A DNA stretch of 64,000 bases, taken from assembly GCA_977862235.1 (NCBI GenBank), contig OZ374563.1, forward strand, positions 2,294,001 through 2,358,000. Reading direction: 5' to 3'. A model generated the notes under the pieces. It made no database searches. It was not told the DNA's origin and saw only the letters and a program-made list of their open reading frames with translations. The DNA comes from Dudresnaya verticillata (Eukaryota). Below are positions 31,191-42,062 of the stretch, one piece after another. Both the position numbers and the translations under genes were made by a program. Each line of letters starts with the position of its first letter. Within the stretch, counting starts at the first letter, position 1.

Positions 31191-33180
31191 CATCTCTGCT
31201 GCGACAAGTCGCCACTGCGGGTTGACGGTTCCGGTACTTCCTAATACCGGCGCGCCGCCAGTTGCGGGATCCAGAACGGTTATTATTGCACTCATGCCGC
31301 GCAAGCGCTCGTACCACGCCTGCGCTGGCCAATGTGGAGCGAGAAGGACTCCCTTCCCACCATCCGCTTGTATTTTTCGGACGACCAGCGGCAGGAGGTC
31401 GAACGGAGGATTCCAAAGCCGGGCCCGTCCATCGCCCCAATGCTCTTGCATCTGAGTGCGAAGATACTTCCGGCGCGCCACGAATGTTTCCCCGACAGGA
31501 CGACATCTGAACACCACTGCGTTCAGGCGGTACTGCTTCTGAATGGACTGTACCAACGCCTTCGTCGCTGTGACGTCGCCTGGGTCCCATGTCCGCGACA
31601 GGGAGTCTGCGAAACGGTTCACTGCCGAGGGTATCCAACGCGCCTCGATCCTGACACCGAGAACCCGTAGTAGCACGTGTAGTTTCCTGAGCTCGGCCAT
31701 CATTGGTTTCGACGCTGAGACCATTGCGTTCAGTATGCATACGACGCCGAGATTGTCCTCGTGTAACAGCAGGTGTCGGATCCGGGGGTTTGACACGTAT
31801 GCGGCAAAGTGTCGGTGGAGTAACAGCCTGACTGCTCTGAGCTCCCGTAAAGAAGTCGACTGGGCGCGGTCGTGCTCGTTCCAAAAACCTTGATCCTCCC
31901 ACAAACCCGGAGTACCAGCGCCTGTATTGTATCCAAGCGTCCCGCCGTACCCAACGTCGGCTGCATCGCTGTGTATAGTCATATCCGGGTTCACCCGTAC
32001 TAGCTCTCGTCCTTCCCCACGTGTCACCTCCCGCCAGTACTGCAGGTCGCGAAGGGACTGCCGACACAAGCGCACCCGTAACGTACGGCTCAGCGCCTCT
32101 GATCCTTTCCCTCCCAGTAGCCTTTCCGTTCTTCCCATGTCGAAGTATAGGGACCTCGTGTAGAAGCGCGCCATTGGTATTGCCAAAGATAGCGAAACAC
32201 AGACGCCACAAAAGTGGCGCAGAATCGTTAGGCTCACAAGCCTTCGATTTCTCTGGGCGAGAAGAAGAATGCGCTTGGCAAGTTTTCGGACTCGCACCAC
32301 CTTCTTGGTCGAGGCAAAACCCGCATCTGAATGGTATCGAGGTGAACGCCCAGATGGTCCAGACTCTGACTCCCCTCCCAGCACCCCTTGTCGGGATGCC
32401 TTAAAATACCGAGATCTCTGAAAAGCCTTGAGAGGGCAACGCGAGCCTTTGAACAGTCTTCGGCCGTCGCTGGTCTGCCAGGCGGTGAGGCTGCAGCGAG
32501 AAAGTCGTCTATGTATGCTAAGATACGACATCGCAGCTTCTGTTGAAGGTACTGGACGACAGGGCGTAGTAGTTTTGTGAACCAAAGAACGGACCGTCCC
32601 CAGCCGAACGGTAGGGCGACACAGCGAAACTAGCGGCCATGGTATCTGAAAATGAAATGGTCCCGAATGTCGGGGTGTAGGTAGAAGTGTCGATACCCAC
32701 TCTTTATGTCCCAAGACATCAAGGTGTCCCCGGCTTCCAGCTCTGTTGCGAAAGATGACACCGTTTCCATCTTGATACTTCCACGAGGCCAATGCTGACT
32801 TTGCCTGTGGAAGTTGATAACAAAACGGCCCTTCCGGTCGGTGCCGTCTCCCTGCCATACAACGAAAGCTGAAGATATCATGTTTCCTGCTTTCTTCTTC
32901 ATGTAGGCTACTCGTGGCGATATCTCTTCGTATATGCCATCCTGGCAGCCCTGGTTGAGGTCGTTGCTGGCAAATGCCTTGTCTTCCTTTGTTTGGGGGC
33001 GGTACCCGAGCACCAACCCAGTGGTAAACGGAACTGATGGCATATCGCGAATGCCGTACCGTATAGCCCGCACCAGGTACTCGGACGCCCCTAGACGTGC
33101 TCGCCAAGCGTCGGCTTTTAGGGACGTTCCTCTCCACAAAGGCGCTCCCCCGAACGCCTTTGTGTCCTTCTTCCTTGATC
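31185..33180 (-). pseudogene. RT-RNase H-adenine-methyltransferase-like pol of the YR element
   Basis: WDIKSGYRH, LPFGW, YIDD, HSDAA, RELRAV, HEDN, NRFADSLSR, WNPPF...APHWPAQAWY. Stop at 32630 and frameshift ~32320. Confidence 0.9.
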
Positions 33181-33183
33181 CTA

Positions 33184-33819
33184 TTATTCATCTCCGGCCC
33201 CGCCTCGTCCACTAGCGGTGCCTCGTCGGGTGCCGGCTTTCTCAAGCCTGGCTTTGGCTAGTTGCTTAGCCGCTTCAATCTCCATCTTGGACGTAAGCGC
33301 CTCTCTTGCGCTCCTGTACGAATTAGGGAAGACTGCATCGTTACCTTGTTCAACAAGGAACGACATTTGCCTCTCAGTCTCCATTCCTTGTTCAGTAATG
33401 TCCCTAAAGTACTGCGCACGCATCGAAAGGACATCCAATGCGGCCATAAAAGACTTTTCAGCTAGAGCCAAGCGCAGGGACAGGTCCTGGACATTTCCGT
33501 TATGTGTCTTCGCAACCTCAAGCGCTGAAAGCCCAAACTCAGTCCATACCCCGGCGGCTTTTACATACTCCCATTCCTTAGCAGACCGTCGGTCCTTCGC
33601 CTTCAACTCGGATAGAAAAGCGTCTGTGGGTGGCTTAAAATACCCCATATGCGTAACGGGAACGTGCGGCCCCCGTTCAAAGACGCTTCCTTCTCCTATC
33701 AACTTTGAGGAGTTGAGCTCCGTTACCACTGCCCCGAAATCTCGACGTTCAGGTGTTGCAGTGGCCCAGGCCGTCTGCAAAGCAGCGGGTGCTGTTCCTG
33801 TGTCGTTTTGCTCTGTCAT
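33184..33819 (-). CDS. Gag-like ORF1 of the YR element
   Basis: First ORF after the 5' repeat, helical character. Assignment is positional. Confidence 0.65.
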   Translation of the reverse strand: MTEQNDTGTAPAALQTAWATATPERRDFGAVVTELNSSKLIGEGSVFERGPHVPVTHMGYFKPPTDAFLSELKAKDRRSAKEWEYVKAAGVWTEFGLSALEVAKTHNGNVQDLSLRLALAEKSFMAALDVLSMRAQYFRDITEQGMETERQMSFLVEQGNDAVFPNSYRSAREALTSKMEIEAAKQLAKARLEKAGTRRGTASGRGGAGDE

Positions 33820-34512
33820 CCTCACAGTACTTCGTTCATACTGCCTAGAAGGTGCCACCGCCCTGCGTCGAGGGGGACTTTCTCGTGGGAGCACGAGAAA
33901 TAGACATGCCTGAGACTCCGGCAATCGTCTGTGAAGTGGCCTTATGTAGCCGCGCCCTGAGCTCAGTAACCAGAATGCATAGTTGTGAATGCTTCGCTTC
34001 TCTCTACATAATGCATAATCCTAAGTGCTGTTCTATTATGTCTTGCATTATGTATTTGTTTGTGACGCTCGGTCATTGTCTGTCACACGACAAATGCTCG
34101 CTACTCCCCTTGTCACTCTTCATGAGCATACAAACAGTGTACCCATACTCGCAATGCGAGTTGTTTGCACGTTGCGGCAGCTCACGCAGCTAGTCCTCAT
34201 TTTAACCAACGATGCTGTCGTCTCGTCGCAAAGAGCATGGTAAAGTGAAGTGGCCCCTCTTCATTGTTCAGTCTAAATCTAGAGCTGAGGGAACTTGCAG
34301 CTACTATTTCGAAGCTGTGGCAGCCGATATATCCGCGGAGAATCGCTTGGGTCTCTGTCAATTCCGGAAGAGGTCACCAGAGGCGCAGCAGTACGTGCAA
34401 CAGAATCACGAAAATGTAAAGGGTTTACAGACGCAAAAGTATGTTCAGAGGTTCGACCAACTGTAGTGGAGATGTTTACATAAGTGTGTGACAGGTTGGT
34501 CGCGGCCATCAG

Positions 34513-35085
34513 TTACTGCTGCGCATCCGCCGGCGTCTCACTGATGGCACCAGACATGCTAGATATGTTAGCACCATTAGTACCGTCGCTACGATAACCG
34601 TAGAGAATCTTGGCCCAGTCATTCCTTCCAACATCAGTGTGCAGGCGGTACAGCAAAAATGTGAGCACGATCTTGTCGAAGAAGCGCATGCGCTCAAAGT
34701 CCAACGTTATGCCTGCATTAATACCGCCAGCTTCGAACATGACGGGCACATGGGGCGCAATGGTCAGAGCAGCCAGCATATTCGCCGCGCTTCTGAAGAA
34801 TGACTCCAGGAATGCAGCGAACTGAGCATCAATATGTTCATTGTCTAGGCCAACAACTTGGCGGATTTCAAAAGCGTACTGCAAAGCGGAGCTCTGCTCA
34901 GCGTTGAGCATGTCGATTGGATGTGGGCGGACCGCATCGACAGCGCTTCCAGGGAGAGCTTGGGCACTCTGACTGGATGTAATCGTCACGGAGTAGCCGT
35001 CAGTCGGATACACCGCGTTTTCCTGGGTCTCCGTAGTCTCCACAGGCCCGGCGTAGCCCATCGGGTACTGGTTGTGTTCCGGCAT
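34513..35085 (-). CDS. Hypothetical protein, 190 aa, copy 1
   Basis: Same length in paralog 52118-52690, with several synonymous changes (AAT/AAC, GCA/GCC, CCA/CCT, GAT/GAC) while the flanks carry indels. Confidence 0.65.
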   Translation of the reverse strand: MPEHNQYPMGYAGPVETTETQENAVYPTDGYSVTITSSQSAQALPGSAVDAVRPHPIDMLNAEQSSALQYAFEIRQVVGLDNEHIDAQFAAFLESFFRSAANMLAALTIAPHVPVMFEAGGINAGITLDFERMRFFDKIVLTFLLYRLHTDVGRNDWAKILYGYRSDGTNGANISSMSGAISETPADAQQ

Positions 35086-35825
35086 GTCAAGATGCCAGAG
35101 GTAGCTGAAAGGTTGTGCAGTTGGGAAGAGAGCTAATGGAAGTGGCCGGGAGCGGGTCGAATGCGGTGTCGAGACAGCTGAAGTAGGCTATTGGAAGGCA
35201 CCGGTCGAATATATCGTTGTGGCGACCGCAGACGGACGGCGGCATAGAAGGGCACCAAAAAATTGAAAACATTCAGATCTGTTGCGTTCATTTTTGAAAG
35301 TAATTTTTGAAAGTAAGTTTGGCTTGCGAGTGGTTGGCGGCTGCAGCATTGAGATTGCAATTGGATTCCTTCACGCCGATCGAAGCCTTGGACCAGCGGA
35401 CTTTGCTTGCACATCAAGCCTTATACTGGGCGGGCATGTTGCATGTTGCACAAGACGGATACTGTGAGTTGAGGGTGATAACCCTCCACCGCAGCCGGCG
35501 TTGCCACCCTTTGTAGGAACAATCCCTCTCAAATGTCGCTGTGGTGAACAATTGACCTTCGCGATTCAAAGCCTTGTATGCCTCGGGATCACCTGTAAGT
35601 ACCGTCATGTTTAATTTTTCCCCTTTACGCTCGTTGATAGCTACATGCGGACAGCCTTTCTTCGGCGGGCTGCAAGTCGTGGAATAGCCGCTGTTGGAAA
35701 CGAGCACTTCATTGGTAAAGAAAATCAGAGCAGGCAGGTAGTGGAGAAGGGTTTCCGCAGTTGCAAATGAAAATTTCGCTACACATACTGAAGTTACTTG
35801 TGATTTGTACTGGTATATAAACAGT

Positions 35826-36192
35826 GATGGTAAACTTTTAGTGGCTTTTTAGGTGGTCCTGCTCGGGCGACTTAAAGGCCCATGTGCAGGCACACCAGAA
35901 TCAGCTACAGTGACAGAGGGCTGTCACTGTAGCATACCCAGGGAGGAGAAAAGGACAGCGGTAATTTCTCTATGGTTGGGAGGACGATGGCGCGTTCAGA
36001 GAGGGAAACTCTGCAGAGCACAGGGTGCGGATGGCGGCGATCGTAACTGGCAATGATTTGTAGATCGTCAGGAGTGGCGTCTGGCTGGGAGAGTAGGTGG
36101 AGAGCTGGGCTGTGGGTTCGAAGGGTTGCACGTTTGGTAGGTTAGGAAGGGGGGATAGGGAAGGTACCCAAATGCCAACGGATGGCCTGTAG
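35826..36192 (-). mobile_element. 5'-truncated LINE 3' fragment
   Basis: AACAGT duplicated at 35820 and 36193, absent at the homologous site (~53455), encodes RWHLGTFPIPP, 13-bp hairpin at 35904-35933. Confidence 0.75.
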
Positions 36193-36781
36193 AACAGTAT
36201 AAAATTCTGACAGTACTTGGTGAATTCACGTGCGAACACATATAGGCCTCCACAGGAGATACCGTTTTATAAAGGTCTATGTCTATTTCCATATTCCATT
36301 TCAAGAGTTTTGTCCAAGCGTTGCCAAGAAATGAAATTGATTGGTTACCAGAAGGTCGCTGGGATATGAGTATGAAGGAATTGGAATGAAACATGGCTCG
36401 ATGTGGCTGCGGGTGGGAGACGTGCTTGTTGACAGTCCCGATCTTGTTAAGGTTGGGAGTCAGAAGCTCAGAATGCAATCCAATGCTTTAGCGTTTGTTT
36501 TGCACAGGATTCTAGAAGCGTGCGAGGGTATTCACAGCCTGGTAACAATTCTTTTTCTGCGTAGTACTACAAGATGTACTGTTAGCTAGAATGACTTGCC
36601 CTTGCTCGCTGGTAGATTTGTTACAGTTTGCGGGTGTAGCAGTTTGAAATTGTGAATAGCAAAATCGACGTGAATACCTCCATGTCAAGAATAATGTGGG
36701 CAATGCAGCTGGGAATGAGAGAGGAGAACGGTGTTTGTGTAGAGAGGAAATGTGCATGTCATATTCTATCTAGGGCCAGTC

Positions 36782-38234
36782 TGTATATTTGTGGCCGTTA
36801 TGGCCCATCTGCTTCAAGCTCGCATTATGAACAACATTAACAGGAACCGTCAAAGTACCATGGAACGGTTCATTCTTTATTGTTTTTTGTTCTGATCTTC
36901 AAGCACTGTGTGTGACGACTCGGGGACTTTGCTTACAACGCGCGTGCGGAGGTGCGCTCTTAGTTGCAGGGGAGGCGCTATAAGCACGATGGAGCGCAAG
37001 GGAATTAAAGGGAAGGCTTGGCGAAGGTGGACGGCGCTGCAACGGGGGGTACCTATTCGTTACCGCTTCACTCCTCGGTGAACCACACCGTGCGTCTTTA
37101 CCTGCTACTCTACAGATTGGACCCGCCGCCGGCTGTGGGCGGCGGCGAGATGTGATGATATGTTACGTTCCCACACGCGCACCAGCCGTGGCCCGGGTAT
37201 CCCCCGATTAGCTTTTCCCGTAGAAAAGGATGTTTGTTACTGTATGGGTAATCGGACGTCGGGAGGGCCAATGAGGAGCAACCCTCCTAGCTGTGTGAAC
37301 TGTGCTGGATACCATAGCAGTAATCGGGCGGAAAGAGGGGCAGGTAACGGGGACGGAATCGGAGAGCGGGCTGCGGATGAGACAGATTGGTTAGCATGCC
37401 TACACCACTGGCGAAGAGCGCATGGATAAATAGGGTAGGGCAGAGCGAGCTAGAGGAGGGGAGAGACACAAGTTACCAGCTAGAGTCAGGAAGGCTAAAG
37501 GCACCCGTTTGGGTTCACAGAGAGCATTGCCCTCCAGCGGCGCGCCGAGCAGCGGGGTCCGCAGGCTCTCGAATTACTGCAAGCCTTGATGGATGGAAGG
37601 AAGTGACTAATGACGCATTAGCGGGCGCTTGTGTGCCAGTAGCATACTGTAGCTTGATTACGTTTTTCCAATGTTCACCCGAATATGAAACCGAGTTTTC
37701 ATTTGAGGAGGCCGGAGCACCAAATGGTTTCGACCGAAATCTTGATCATGAAAATACCTCTCATTTCGTAGAGCGTGCATATGCCATACTGCAGTATAAA
37801 GCCACTGGGCGAGCAGTGCTCCAGCGTCACATTTGGCAACAGAACAGTCACTGTGCTGTGAAACGGTTCACCCTTTATTATCTACCGTTAATCATCTTCA
37901 AGCACTCTGTCAATAGAAACAGTCTTCTGCCTGTTCACTGGTTGCGTCATGAAAGCATTGTATTGCTTCAAGAATTTGTAGAGTTCTAGCTCTATTCAAA
38001 CAGTACTCTATCTACAAATTACCGTTCGTAGAAGTAGATGCATAGGTTTAAGCTCGCATCTCTAGTGACACAGCGGAGCTCGAACGCCATAAGTAGGACA
38101 ACATTCTATCATCATGTCTGAATCACGGGATCACATGAGCAACCAACTCAATAATTGACACACTACGAACTTTTACAGCTTTCCCTCCGCACCTTTTCCC
38201 TATCATTTACCTTGTTCCTCCCTCACCTTTTTAA
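36782..38234. mobile_element. Unclassified 1.45-kb insertion (possible long solo LTR)
   Basis: Absent at 6790 and 54045. CAGTC duplicated at 36777 and 38235. Starts TGT. Confidence 0.7.
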
Positions 38235-38914
38235 CAGTCCGGTGCATGGACATACCGAAGTCAAAATTCTGCAAGGTCATTCTCGGACTGCTTCGAAGGG
38301 TTGCACCTCTCAATCGCCGGACGGAGTCATTAATTCATGGTGATAATATTCCAGCATCGAGAGAGGGAGCGACGAAGGCTTGTTTTATGCGGGAAATGTG
38401 GCTGCTGTCGCAGAGAAGCCTGACGCCTCGAAGCTCTCCGCAAATAGGGATACCGGCTGTCGGTACATTCTCGGGAACCTGAACATGGACGGCGATGACG
38501 ATGAAGGAGCAAGGGAATGAACAGCGCAGATAGATCCGAGCTGGCTGGAGGAGGTCGCCGCTTGGTGAGCGTACAGGATCGAGCGGATGCGATTGGCGTG
38601 TCAACCGGAGCGTCAACGCTCCCCACGCGGCCACGGCGCAGGTCAAGAAGGAAGCCAAAAATACTCGAAAAACAAATACCGATCACATGCCGCCGCCCGC
38701 GGCCACTCCGCTCCTCGCACCAACAACGCAGGACCACGTTAAACAACAAATAAAATACAACAAAACTACCACCACCGTCAGCTGCAAGCCGCCCGCGCTC
38801 TCCTCCACCCTGACCGGCTTCACTTGGCAAGGCGGGAGGAGCGCTCCCTCGCCGTCGCCGCAACGCCAAGTAACCGCGCGGTACCGCAACCTGTTGCACC
38901 GAGTCGGCCGCGCC

Positions 38915-41125
38915 ATGTCGCCGGACTTGTCCGAAGCGGTTTACAAGCCCGTCGCCACGCTGTGTACAGCTGTCGGACCGGAAAGACGGCGAGGTCGACC
39001 CTGGTCCTCCGCTGGCGCAGAATGCCGTCTCCGCTGCGCGTATCTACTTGCTCTGCGTGGCTAACCGTGGCATCAACGGCGCTTGGGCACTGCAAGTTGT
39101 GCCGTGCCATGCGCTGTGCGCTTGGGTCCTATTCGTGACAAGGAAGAAAACTTACCATTCGAGTTGTATTGCGCGCTGCGTTTGCTGCATGCTCTTTCGT
39201 CGACATAGAGAGGTATGGTAGACCAAACAGTTTTTGCGTACCACACACATCCATCAAGCCGGCGAAGAAGCAGACGCTAACGTCGGAAGCGCAGTTTGCG
39301 ATAAAAACTCTGTTCTTCGAGAAAGCGCTCAACAGCGGTGCCGTCATTTCACACGCTGTCTGGATAGTTGAGCCGCTGTCCGGCTTGATCGTCGCACCCT
39401 TGGTGGGGTCCATGAGCGACCGCTGCACTTCGCGGTATGGCCGTCGCCGCCCCTTCATCGTTGCGGGTATCATAGCTACCATCGTTGGAATGCTGGCCTT
39501 CTCCAACGCCGTTCGCATCTCGCTCGTGGTTTTCAACTCAGGCACTCCGGCGCAGCACTATGTAGCCATCGTTATAGCTGTTCTCGCATTCTGTGTTCTG
39601 GATCTTGCCATCAATACTACCATGTGGCCAAGTACGTTGTTCTTATCATGATATTTCTGGCAGTCTCAGCGTCTTTCACTCCTCGCAATAGGTTTCGTTC
39701 ACGTTCCTCCGGCTTTGTTTGCTTCACTGGCCAACTCTACCCAACGTTCCGCCGCTGTCCACACCCGCAGTTCGTGCGCTGCAGGGTGACCTCGTCACAC
39801 ACTTCCAGCAACACCAATTGCAGAGTGTATCCCTCGTTCTGGGCTCGTTAGGTGACCTGTGCGTCAACTACCTTATCCATACATTTGACGAACCAGTCTC
39901 TCACATTACGTTCCTTTTCTTCTGGGCTGCGATCTTCTGTACTTTTGATCATCGGGCGCGAAACACCGGCCCGGCCAGACAATCCTGCGATACGCACCGT
40001 TGAAGGCGCCTCCGTCGGTCTTGTAGCCTATTTACGGGGCCTTCCAACATGGATGTGGCGCGTGGGCGGGACATATGCCCTTGGCTTCTTCGCCTTGTTC
40101 TGCGTCATGCCGAATGTGTCGAGCTGGATTGGTTCGTCTGTCTTGCCCGATGTAACACCCGAGCAGCGCAGCTCGCCTGGGAGTACTCCCGGCACAGGGA
40201 GCCTGGGGCAGTGCGGACAGGTGCAATCCCAGCAAGGGAGCCTGTCGGGAAAGAGTACTACCTGTACTCGGACCCTGCCAGCATAGGCAACTCTGTACAC
40301 TGTACAGTGTATGGTACCTCCTCTCTGCAGCACAGCAGTGCCTAGACATGCCTCTCTATCTGATTGGATGTCTGCAGGGTACCCTGCCTGGGTACAGGAC
40401 TGTATTGTACAATACGACGCTCCGTCCGTCGTCGCCGCCGGCCGACGCGACGGCGGCAGCGCGCGAATAGCTGCGCCAGCCTGGATCTGCCCGATCCAGG
40501 GCGGAGGCTGCGATCGTGCAGTCCACTAAATAGCGTGGGTCGTACGACCTGAGCAGCACAGCTCACACTCTGCTTTTTACCTAATAAAGGCAGCCCGCGG
40601 GCGTCAGCACAGACGAGGGAACTCCCCAACAACCCGCGGTGACCTAGCCTCCAACCTCGCCTTCCGCTTTTCCCTTTTTATCTCCTTTATCAACCACCGC
40701 GTACGCGAGTGGCTCTCTTTATCTGGACTGCGTTACACCGATAAGCTTCTCGTTTTCATCATAATCCGCTCCAGTTATGGGTCTTACGATGGCAACGAAG
40801 TGCAGGGAAGCTGACTATTGAGCATCCTCGTCGCGGGTGACTCCAAACTCCTTGGTCGCTGATGCTCTTTAGTCGATGTAGAGAGGTATGGCAGACCAAA
40901 CAGTTTTTGCGTACCACACACATCCATCAAGCCGGTGAAGAGGCGGACCGCATCATCGGAAGCGTAGTTTGCGATAACAACTCTGTTCTTCCAGAAAGCG
41001 CTCAACAGAGGTGCCGTCATTTCACACGCTGTCTGGATAGTCAGGCTGCTGTCCGGCTTGATCGCCGCACCCTTGGTGGGGTCCATTCATGGACCCATGA
41101 GCGACCGCTGTACGTCACGGTACTG
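38915..41125 (+). pseudogene. Truncated SUT/SLC45 transporter pseudogene, copy 2
   Basis: Frameshifts, a solo LTR at the exon 4 donor, and the same truncation/re-duplication junction (~40860) as copy 1. Confidence 0.9.
40151..40737 (+). mobile_element. Solo LTR of the same family as 5257-5839
   Basis: TGTAAC...GTTACA termini, 4-bp TSD CCGA. Confidence 0.92.
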
Positions 41126-42062
41126 TGCAGCACCGAGGTACCTATCGCAGTGACGCTAATCGAATGCTCACTATCCGTTTCGTGAGCTTGCCTCTCAGAT
41201 ATTATACCAGGCTGTGGCAGTTAATCGCCAATGTTTCATCTTGTAGTCTCATCCTCACCATTACGGGGCTTCCAATAGCCACATTATCCCAGTATACAGA
41301 GTTCAAGCTTCTTCTTGTTTGTAATGTAATCCAACAAGCCTCGAACTGTAACTCCGATTTTGTCCGAGATGAGCAAAGGAAGAACGGTACGCGTCGCACG
41401 CCAAAGCATTGAGTACCCTATTCTGCGACATCATGGATTGGATATACAATCCAGCGACTCGCACTCCGGCTCGATTGCTCATGTACTGCTTGTTACGAAT
41501 GTTCAGTTCCAAATGCTGAACATGTCTTGCGGATGTGGTTCTTCTTGCCTATGCACGCAATGGACTCTGGGCATTCCCATTTCACACACGTGTCAGTTTC
41601 CAATATCCTCATGATACTTTCGAGCCAGCCTTCATCCCTTCTGTTTGTGTTGCTGAACTGGATGCCGTTTCCCCTCTCGTTGTCGGAGTGCTTGTGGTAG
41701 CATGGGTGCCCAGGCCAGACAAGCAAAGTGTCTCACGGTAGGTAGGTATGCCTGGCTGCCACGAACATTTTTCCCGGGTGGAGCGAAATGTTTAGTGCAA
41801 TTGTACAATATTGCGGAAAATATGAGTATATTTTCCAGGTTTTGTAAACGATTATCGGTGGAGCGTATTCTCGAAAGAAAATACCGCAAAACCGCCTTGC
41901 GTGAGCTGTGAGGCAAAGGGCCAAGCAGTTGGAATATCTGCGCCGCCTTGCAGAAGGCGCATGCCCCTGCATCCACGCGAGTCCTTCCAACCTTCCTTTG
42001 GTTTCAGCTATCTACTCTACTTATCCGTAGGCCTGGAGAGTTAGCGCTGAGACACATGCAAG

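Larger units (their letters stand above)
24603..34150 (-). mobile_element. Tyrosine-recombinase (DIRS/PAT-type) retrotransposon, interrupted by a chromovirus
   Basis: Gag-like, RT-RNaseH-methyltransferase and YR coding regions. ~267-bp direct repeats at 33885-34151 and 24761-24990 + 30112-30148. The empty site CTTTGAAT|GCAATG (~51458) shows no TSD. Confidence 0.9.
14286..41130 (+). repeat. Segmental-duplication unit 1, including insertions
   Basis: Offset ~26,849 bp to unit 2 over the ADA2 region. Many ORF translations are identical between units. Confidence 0.92.

Noticed and set aside
5840..35840. Exact 30,000-bp offset as a sign of artificial construction
   Set aside because: The offset changes after ~36460 because of indels and the copies differ by substitutions, so it is treated as coincidence.
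37387..37989. 200-aa ORF in the unclassified insertion
   Set aside because: Non-ATG start and no recognisable motif.
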